Below the pieces are notes generated by a model. It saw only the letters and a list, made by a program, of their open reading frames with translations, was not told where the DNA came from and searched no databases. A program made the position numbers and the translations under genes. From a virus (Duplodnaviria; Caudoviricetes), in the IMG/VR virus record IMGVR_UViG_3300030376_007034, positions 1-25,916 of that record: a stretch of DNA of 25,916 nt; one strand, 5' to 3'. Of the stretch, positions 7,579 to 17,400 are shown piece after piece. Positions within the stretch are counted from its first letter, which is position 1. Each line of letters starts with the position of its first letter.

Positions 7579-7830
7579 ATGAAAACAGCTACAGAAAAAC
7601 AAATAGGGAACGCAGTAGTAGAGATCAAGAGTCGTCGTGAAGACAATGCCTCTGGTTGGTCTATTATATCCTTCACTCCTACAGGAAGTCTGAGAACTAC
7701 CAGACCCCACATCGAGTCGGTGCTGGACAAGTTCGTAGACGCGATCATCGCATCTGTTGATCGTGATCTACTACAGGATGATGGCCTTGTTGCGGAAGTA
7801 AAAGAGGCTGTCCTCTCTATCATTGATTAA
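7579..7830 (+). CDS. Hypothetical protein (83 aa)
   Basis: ATG directly abuts the upstream TAA. Co-oriented run. Confidence 0.7.
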   Translation: MKTATEKQIGNAVVEIKSRREDNASGWSIISFTPTGSLRTTRPHIESVLDKFVDAIIASVDRDLLQDDGLVAEVKEAVLSIID

Positions 7831-7831
7831 C

Positions 7832-8086
7832 ATGCGTCACTATGTGCAGATAGTGGAACCCCTTGGGCTACCCATGTTCGTGGACGGGATGTACGTTGCT
7901 GATGAGTTAGTGCAGCAACGGGCACACCTTATCCAAGACGGGGTAGTTCAGGGGGAGATGGAGTTGCAAGAAGGCGAGCCTCTGATGATCGCAATCAGAA
8001 GCCTTCTTCGCAGCACCTACAACGCTAGTAGGGAAGTGGATAAAGACTTAGGGATTGATGGATCTGAAAATCGTTGCCCAAACTAA
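7832..8086 (+). CDS. Hypothetical protein (start probably ATG 7832)
   Basis: ATG 1 bp after the upstream stop, in frame with the 7823 ORF. Confidence 0.65.
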   Translation: MRHYVQIVEPLGLPMFVDGMYVADELVQQRAHLIQDGVVQGEMELQEGEPLMIAIRSLLRSTYNASREVDKDLGIDGSENRCPN

Positions 8087-8420
8087 AATAGTCAGGGACA
8101 TTATTATAAGTAGATCTAGGATGTCAGAGGCCCATATACGTGGGCTGGGCATAAAATCCAAATGGTGCCTTATGGGGATATTGGTAGCCAAAAGAGAATT
8201 CTACATGACATGGAGGCAAGCGGGGGCATGCTTTGGGGTGCGCCCCCAAACCGCAGCGAGTTCTGCTCTACGCTACGAGGCTGAAGTTTTTGATAGCCCC
8301 AGACTATTCGAGATTTTTACTGATCTGGGATGTCTAGCACAAGAGTACTGGGGCCAAATTTCTCAATCTCTTCCTGCCCAATCCGCAAACGTTGCAGCCC
8401 GACCTGACCGTCAGGAGTGA
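8058..8420 (+). CDS. Putative HTH DNA-binding protein, DnaA domain IV (Bac_DnaA_C)-like
   Basis: LMGILVAKREFYMTWRQAGACFGVRPQTAASSALRYEAE parallels the DnaA C-terminal pattern (AMYL.R....SL..IG..FG.RDH.TV.HA..KIE). The 3' end overlaps the convergent giant gene. Confidence 0.5.
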   Translation: MDLKIVAQTKIVRDIIISRSRMSEAHIRGLGIKSKWCLMGILVAKREFYMTWRQAGACFGVRPQTAASSALRYEAEVFDSPRLFEIFTDLGCLAQEYWGQISQSLPAQSANVAARPDRQE

Positions 8421-11400
8421 TGCCCATCACGCTATCGACGAAAGGTTTAGTAAACACAGGCCTATCCATTTCACCGAACACTATATTCTGCTGGCGGCGC
8501 TGTCCCATCCCAAGACTCCTTAATGACATTATGTTCTTAGCTTCTTGAGGGGAAAGACCTATTCTATTTGCCGCATACAACGCACGATAGATTTCCTCGT
8601 CCACCCGCTTTCTAGTTTTTACCCACTTGCGAACAGCTCTTCTTATCTGACCTTCAGTCAAAGAACTAGTAGACTTCAGAAGATTCAAAGAAGATGTAGC
8701 TCTGTTTCGCTCGTCTCTTTTCTTTTCCAAGAAGCGACGGAAACTAAGTTTAGCGTCTACTTTCCAAGGCTTAACAGGTGCGAGTTCTAGAGCTAAGGAT
8801 GTCTCAGGAGACTTAGAGGGGTCAGGTGGAAGATCCCCAAAGCTTTTAGCTTTGATCGCTTTGATAACTGTTGCGACTGTCCTTGGTGAATAAGCCTCTT
8901 CAAATATGTACGCGATGCTTTTTGCGTAACCAGTTAGGCCATCAGCGTCTTCGTATATAGGAGCGCCAGTGTCAGATCGTTTATTTCTTCGTACGTCTAA
9001 AGCAGCACCCAAGAAGATCTGCTCATCTAAGTATGTGTCCGTTAGATTTGTGATCGCAGCTTTAAGCCCCATGAGAGGTTCGCCTCTACTTATATGCTCC
9101 AGCAAACGTAGGGCTGGATCAGTTTCTACCGCGAAAGGATTTAAGAATGTTAAATCCCAAGAGTAAATGGTGTCTTTAGTGTTAGGGGTAAAGCCTTTTG
9201 TGTAGATGAAGGTGTTCGTCTTTTTGTAGATCGGGCCAGCGGCGCGGAGAAATTCATCCTCATCCTCTCTAATACCAAGCATAGTTCTGAGAACTGTTGG
9301 TATCCCCATGCCCATTCCTAGTAAGACAAAGTTTATACCAGCCATTCTCTTTAGCCCCCGTATTCGTATGACAGCGTTATTGCTCTTTATCTCCTCTGCG
9401 GCCAGCTTGTATGTATTTACTGTTATGCGGAGCACTTCTGTTTTGAATCGCAGGAACGGTGTTAAGAAAGATCCGAACTTCTTACCGGCCACCTCTACAA
9501 GGTGTAAAGAATCAGCATAGGACTGGGCTGTCTTTCTTACTTTCTTAGACGCCATGTCTTTGATTTCGTAATCAGACATATTTAAGTAGATGTCTGATTC
9601 ATCCGTAGGATTGTTCTCTCTAGACCACTCTCTTGCTTTCTTGAGATTCTCTACCTCAAGCTCAAAGTAAGCTATTTTATAAAACGCATCGACCTGTTGA
9701 GACAATCGCTCTAACCTTTTTAGTACAGTTTGGTCTATAGCCTTACCTGTTTTCCGTGCCAGTTTAGTTAAAGCAGACAGTTCTTTCTGGGTGTCTCTGA
9801 TAACATGCTTGCTAGTAAACAACTCACGTATCTGAGAAGCGTAAATGTCACCGCCAATGATATTAAGTGACCTTAGTTCTGCGTAGTAGGCATCGAAAGC
9901 GTCAGGATTTGTAAACCCTTTGACCACATGGGGCAGCCTACTCATTATTTTCAAGAGGCTAGGAACCCCAAACCCCTGCGCGGGGGCGAAGTAAAGTATG
10001 TTTCCGACTATGTTCCTTAAATAGAACCCCGCAGACCCTAGTGTTTTAGCCGACAACGAAGCCCCTGTGATGAAGTTCAACGCCGTAGCCATAGTGCTAA
10101 CGCCATCTTCAGCAGTAGACGTTTGGTCTTTAGACACACTTGGGGAAAACATTTTTCTCATGCCCTTTGCCATTTCTGGCGGTACATAATAGTTAAACGT
10201 TTTATCGTAGTCTGAGGCTAACTGTGAATCAGGCTCTGGTTCAGCATCTTGTGTAAACTGCGTTCCTTTCCGCAGGTTAATCCACGTTCTGTACGAGTTG
10301 TCCCCCTCCGCAATCTTCTGTTGTACCTGCGCGTGTGTTAGAACAAAACCATTCTCTGGGTTAGACCCAAGCTCGATAAGGTTATTGTAATAGTTCTGTC
10401 TCGCAATCATTTGGGTAACTACACCCATAGTGCGGAAGATATTTTGGATGCCTTCTTCGTCCCCGTACCTACCCAACAAGTCTTGTATAACAGGAGGTAC
10501 ATTCCTTCTCTCTTTAAGGTTGCTGAGTAGTGCGCTTGTCACACCCTGAGCAGGTTTAGCATAATCGCCTGTAGTTTTTGAATGCAGCATATAGAGATAC
10601 TTCTCCATAGCATCTGCAACAGGATCGCCTTGGGCTTTACTGGACTCTAACTCCAGAGTAGCTGCTCTCTTCGCTTCCTCGTAGGATATTTCAGACCCTT
10701 CTTTTCTAGATTTTCTACGTAAAGATCTGGCTTTAGTGCTTACATACATCTCCTCGAAGTAAGCGTAGGCATTCTTGTAAACCTCAGTGTTAGGGTCGCT
10801 AAGAATCTTGTCTAAATAACCTTCTTCGGTAAACAATTTGTAGGTTCTAGTGATGTAGATACCCATCTGACTATCAACCTTTAGTTTCAAACTATCTTTT
10901 AAACCATAAGTCTCAGCCATCACGTTACTAAGGGCGTCTACGAATGCACGTATATCTTGGATAGCCCTAGCTAAAGGTTCTGCTGATTGCTTAATTAGAT
11001 TTCTAGCGTTGCTTATCCGTGTCTCAATTTCGGTTTTCAGCTTAGACTCTTCCTGCTCGATGGCGGTAGTCACAAGTTCTTTATATTTCTTGAGACGGTT
11101 GGGCTTTTTGATAGCGGAAGGGTCTAGCTCTCCAGCTAAAACTCTAGCTTCTGTTTCTCGCTTCCAGTCCCCATACAGATCGCGGCGAGCACGCCTAAAG
11201 TCTGCGTCAACAAACGCGTCCGCCGAACTACCGCTCGCTTCAGAGATTAACGCATCACTGACTTCAGGGTATTGTTTTCTTATGCGCTCAAAAGCGGACA
11301 ACTTAGAGTTACCAATTTTCTCAACGGCGGCAGCGAAAGATTGCCTACGCTTTTCAAGCTCAAGGGGGCGGGGGTCAACGTCTCCAACAAGGAGAGCACC

Positions 11401-14400
11401 TGCTACTTGACCTGCCTTCGCAAGGGTAGGAGCTGCTTTTTCATAGGTGTAGGCGCTATACTTCCCATTTTTAAATGTGAGGACAGGCAGCTCTAAGGTA
11501 TCGAACAATCCTTTGAACCTTGCCATTACGTCTTCTACAGAAGAGTCCATGTCGATCTCTCTTGCTGTAGCCTCAAATCTTCTAGCTAGAACACGGTAGC
11601 CAGCATCAGGGTCACGGGGATCGAAAGGTAATCTTGTCGCGTAGCCAGCCCCTCCATTGCTGATAAATTTAAGCTCTCTACCCATGCGGTTGAGCATACG
11701 CGACAACTCTGGATTATTCTTTTTGAGGTTGTATTTAGCGTACATTCGACGGAACCCTCTAGCCAGATAACGTAACAGAATGCGTAACAAACTAGGATTG
11801 GACTCATAGAAAGCTATATCCTCTTCTGTGCGAGTGCCTCGAACAATGCGTTGGAACTGCATCCGAATGATCTCCCCCGCCATTTGATCCTTAATCTCTG
11901 CATCTCCTGCGGCGATACCAGCCTTTAACCTAGCGTTTAGTTCTGGGTCTGAGGTGTACTCATCAATCGCTTCGTCAAAATCTATGTCAGACAAAGAGGC
12001 AATATATGCGTCCTTCTCTTGTTGGGGGATTGCCCTGTACTCTAAGATATGTGTTTCCTCTTCTGCGAAAACAGCCTCTAGTGCTCCTTTCACATTGAGT
12101 TCGTCTTTTAGCAGACCTTCCTTAGCCAGAACTGCATTTACTAAATTCTGTCTTGCTACAAATATCGCAGGGAAAGTTTCTCCAGAATCATCTGTAAGTA
12201 AGACAGCTACTGCTGATGCATTGGGGCGACCTTCAAATATCCTTGCTGCCTCACTCGTTTTCTCTACAACGGACACAGATATAGCAGGGTTTATATTTGC
12301 TATTGCTTGATCCGCTAGATCACGGACGGTTTTCTCTTGCTGGGGCGTAACCGCAGCAGTTTCACTCATTGCCTCAAAAGAGCTGAACAAAAGAGATTCC
12401 TGTGGGGGTGCCGGATCTTGGACGCTTTCTGTAGGCCTATCCGTAAAGTGGCGCAAAGAAGGCTCTACTTCATGGGTGGCTCTAAACCTTCTACTAACCG
12501 TTTCAAGTGTGCCAACCAAACTGCTGGGGGCATTGCCCATCGGATCAAGGGCGATGTTTGTTTGTTGCAGACCGACTAAGTCGGACAGGCTGCGGAAAGC
12601 TTTTCTGGTTTCCGCGTTAGCTCTAGCAGGAAACAGGTTCAAGAAGAAATCTAGGACTTTCTGGAAAACATTCTTCCGGTCACTCCTTAAAGTTTTCAGC
12701 GTATTTTGGAAAGAGCTAGAAGAGAAAAACGTAGCTACAAATTCTTCAAGACTAGACAAAGCGAAGTCAAACTCTTTGATCTCACGAATTCCTTGACGAG
12801 AGTCTCCCTTCAACCCTTTTAGACTGTTGAAGAGTTTTATGAGTTGGGCTTTAGCCCTTGCCTGTTTAGGAGTGAGGTTATCCCTAGTTAGTAAATCTAC
12901 TGTAGAAGCATGCAGATATTCATGAAGAAGCACAGACTGGAGCCCGCTCCCGTTGTAGCCACCTAGGTTTACATAAACAGCATTACTAGATCTGTCATAA
13001 AACCCAGCACGGCCATCTGGTATATCGTATATTACAAACTGAGTTCCTGATAAGGCGTCAGGATTGGAGAGTAGAATGCGGGCCGCCTCTCTTTCTAAAG
13101 AACTAGAAGAGTTAGCAGCTATTTCTCGTATAGCTGCGACAACAGACTCAGCGTTACCTGATTCAAGCCCTAGCCTAGAAATTACCTCTTGGTTCTCTTG
13201 CCGGTAGAATTCTGTTTCTTTCTCAAAAATAAAAGAAGGCGCTGTGTATGAAATATACGTTTTGTCTAGAGTAGCTCTTAGCTTTGCAAAAAAATCTGTC
13301 AGAGTCGCTGGTACTTCTAAAGAGTTTAGAACCGTATCTATAGAGCCCTTCACCGCAGCAGATCTTCCCATGTATGTTCTAGCTAAAACCTCCAACAATT
13401 TTTCCGGCCCTAACACACTGGCGTCTTGTTCCGCAGACGCTCTGCGTCTCTCTTCAGACGCGGCTACAAAAGCTCTTCTTAAACCCGCAGCCAGAGTGTT
13501 TCTCTCCCCCTCAGTAGCTTTAGTCAGGTTAAAGTCGTTGATGATGCCGTCTATCGCTCCATCTATGTTGTCGAGTGTTTCCTCAACGGTGTTACTGTTA
13601 AGGTCAGACGGACTTTCTATAGACACACCCCCACCGGGAGCGTCTAAAGATACTGTCTGCGCCTTAAGTGAAGCCCCTACCTCTGCAACAGCAGCGGCTC
13701 TGCTGCTGGCTCTATTAGTAGCAGCACTTATAATAGCAAAGAAATCTGGATAAGAACCAGACCTATCAAGTAATCCAGCTTGTCTATTGTAGATAGGATT
13801 GTTGAACTCTTTCTCAAAGAACGCTTTTAAAGTCTTACCCTCCCAATCGCTTGCTAGTTTAGAACCTCTAGCGGTAGTAGTTATTTTAGGAGCTGCTTCT
13901 CCTTGCCCAAGGAAGCCGTTCTGGCGTATGAACACAGCCTTCTTCTCGTTATCCGTGTTGAACGGAAGGTCTTTACCTCTGCCTTTAACAAGGCGTTTTG
14001 CTATATTCTCTGTGGGGGTCTTTACATACTTAAATAGTTCAGCCTCTTTGCCCTTCTGCACCTTATACTCGCCCCCTTCAAAGGCGACTACCTTGCTAGT
14101 TAATAGAGTATTTAAGATGGCTTGTGTCTTAAGAAATTTCTCAAAGACAGTGAATACTTCTGACATAGCCGTGGACCGCAACGTATCAAAAGTTTTGCCT
14201 CTTAGAGTTGACTCACCACTTCTCATAATAGCGGTAACTACCGCTGCAAAGTTCTTCCCCTGTTCCGCAGCTAGAGTTTCTGTCCCAGCAGAAGTCTCGC
14301 TTGTCTCCTCTGTGACCATCTCATAGCCCTGCTCATACCTATCTGACAGTATCTTTAGGGCGTCATCAATAGTGTACCCCTCTGGCTCTCCATCTGCGCT

Positions 14401-17400
14401 GGAGTCAAAAAGAGTAAACGTCTCGCTTTTACTAGGGTCTCCTAAAGTTACTTGTAGTTTAAGTTTAGCCCCCTCATTGGGATTAAGGCCCTCATTAAGC
14501 TCAGTTTGTTTCTCGAAAAACTTAGATACTGCCTGCGGAATAACTGCATCCCGAACAAGAGATATAGTTACATTCTCTTTCGTTGGGTGGGGGCCTTGAA
14601 CATCAACTACCGTAACTCCGTCTTCAGCAAATACGAAAGCTGGGTTTATTCCCCCCTCATCTGTCGGCACTTTGATAAGAATCCCGTCGAACTTACGCAT
14701 CATGTCGGCCATCGAAAAGGGGTCGTTATTGAATGCCCCGACATGATTTTCACTATCAGCACGATACGCGATATTGCTTCTTCTAGACCGATACGTTTCC
14801 AACGTAACATCAGAAGGGAGCCCCTTTACAAGATCTGCCCCCGTTCGGATAGGGAAGTTATTCTCTATCTGCTCATTTATGTACGCAGTAAGCAGCCCCA
14901 TTTTAAATTGTTTTGGGACATTGCCTTCACCTAACGGAGTTTTAAAAGGGCTAGGTTTAAACGCGATATCGGGGATACCATAAAGATTGTCTCTGGTTAT
15001 CCGTACCCTTACCCCTCTCTTAATGAGATCTTCTACACGCTCTACAACAATCTGCTCTAGGTCTTCTTGGAAGATGTCGCGTTGTGCCTCAAATAGCCCC
15101 TTCTTCGCTTGAGCTTCCTCTCGTTTACTTAAGCCTAAAGCCTTGCGGACAAACTCTATCGAATCTAGGAAAGCATCTTCTTCTGTAAGAAACGAAGCCT
15201 TCTTCCCCTGTTCGGAACGTAAAAACTCTTTTACGTTTGATGGTGTTGCTTCTGCCTCGCCTCTACCTAAAAACTGAGTTACGACAGAAAGTAGATCCGC
15301 TTGAAAATCACCTAGTTCTCTCGCTTGGGGTGGCCCCACAAGAGAGACCATTTTGATCGCAAGGAAATCATTGACCTCGTTTACCACTGCGTTGGTGTCT
15401 AGTCCCCTTGCATTTGCATCAACCTGTATTAGAGCTAAGTCCTCTTCAGATATAAGTCCGGTAAGCAGAGCAAAATTTAAATTTTTAGCTGCTTTGCCGT
15501 CTACTTCAGATACTTGAGAAATAAGCTGATTTGCAAAAGCAGAAGAAGCTCCCGATGTTCCGACAAAGTTCCCTGCCTCATCTAAAGCTACAGGCCCACC
15601 TTCTTTAATAGCAGCGCGGTAAGCTGCGCGGTGTTCCTCAACAGAAGCATTGAAAAAGGCCTGAGCTAATTGGTCCGCAAGTGTTTCTATATCAGATCTT
15701 CCACGACCTTGTTCAAACAAAGGAGTCTCACTAAAATTAAATTCACCCTGCTCCTCTGACGTTTCTAATTGCCTACGGATCTCTTGTATCCTAGCACGAG
15801 TCTCTTCGTCGGGGTCAGTTTCTAGTCGGGCCTGTAATTCAGCAAGTTCCTTTAACAAATCCCCTCTAACTTGAGGAGCTACTCCCTCGTCTAGGGGAAG
15901 CTCTAGTTGTTGGGGAGACCGTTCATCACCAAGAGGTAGTTCAAACTGACGGTCCATGCCCGCTGGTGTAGCAGGGCCTTCTCTAGGTGGGGTGGCTTCT
16001 TTTGTTGGCTCTGCTGCTGGCTCCGTTTGTGGAGCGGGAGTATCTGCGGCTGGCGCAGGATCTCCAGCTTTGCCTTGAGCTGCCCTTTTCTTTATCTGGT
16101 CTAACCTTTCTTCAATCGCAGCGGCTGATTGTGGAGACCCAGAAGCTATCAGATCATCTGAGATACGTTTGACAGCTTCTTCTTGAGCTAGAACCTGCTG
16201 GTCAAATGCTCTTTGGCCTCTAACACCTCTACCAAAAGTCCTCCGCATCAAAGGAGGCAGGGCAACCCCGAACACACCACCGTAAAAAGCGGCCATCCCA
16301 GCATGCTTAACCCTGTCGGAAAACAGCATATCGTCCCCCGTAAATTCGGTCTGTATAAAGCTGTTGATAAACTCATCTGTGCCCTCCTCTAAAGCTTCGC
16401 CCACACCCCCTCTTACCAAGGGCATTGCTTTACGGAAGCCTTCTTGAGCTAAAAGTTTAGCAGAATTTGGCAATCCGCGAGCCGCGATCTTCGCTATTGC
16501 TAGATCAAGAACATCTTTGGAAAGCACTTTCCCGCCTTCAGCCACCACTCCTGTAGTGACTAGCCGCTCACTTAAGTTTCTTAAGTAAGACTTAACATTA
16601 CCTACGGTAGCTTTACCTACCATAAAGTCTTCCACACCACCTAATCCAACTGCCCTGAATCCAAGAACAAGGCTTCCGGTTACAGCTCCAGCGGCTAGGC
16701 CAGCATACAAAGCCTTCTGGTGGCGGTCTTTCTCATCCATGTCATTGGGCAAAGCCGAATACACGGAGGCATAAGTCATGCTACCACTTCTAGTTGCAGC
16801 AGGTATAAATATAGCAGAGCCTTGGGCCACTTTATTGGCTACAACTTTGTTGTAAGACTCAATAACTTTGTAGGCAGAAATTTTTCTAGTAGCTTCAAGG
16901 GTACTCTTGGCATCATCTACACTAGCCAAAGATTGTTTTTTAAGTGCAGAGGGGGCGGCTAACTTTTGAAGCTTTGAGACCGCCGCATCTCCTTGATCTA
17001 CGATATTTTTTCTTTCTGCTGACGTCAGCGTACGTCCTAATCGTTTTTCTGTAGCAGCAATTAGGTCTTTTTGATCTTTCCGAATGCCTTTTATTGCTGT
17101 TTGCAGATTTTTCTTAGGGTCTCCAAAATCAGCTATAAGTCTTTTCGTGACTAAACGGTTAGCAGCCTGCTCAATAGTTTCTGTGCCTTTCTGCCTGAGG
17201 CCTCCTGCTAAGATACCACTAACTAGACCTTTAGTAGTTACCCTAGCACCAGTCTTTAGCCCGACATAAGCAGCACCACCTACTCCAGTGGTAGCGGTAA
17301 GAAGAGCTGTAGCGCCAATATCGAAGATAACAGGAGCAGTCATCGACCCTAAAGTCGTTACAACGCCCTGCTTGTCTCCAAACATTTCTGCCAACTGAGC

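Noticed and set aside
16165-16174. ACGTTTGACA partial match to the palindrome
   Set aside because: Only 10 bp, not symmetric, and inside a coding region; compatible with chance.
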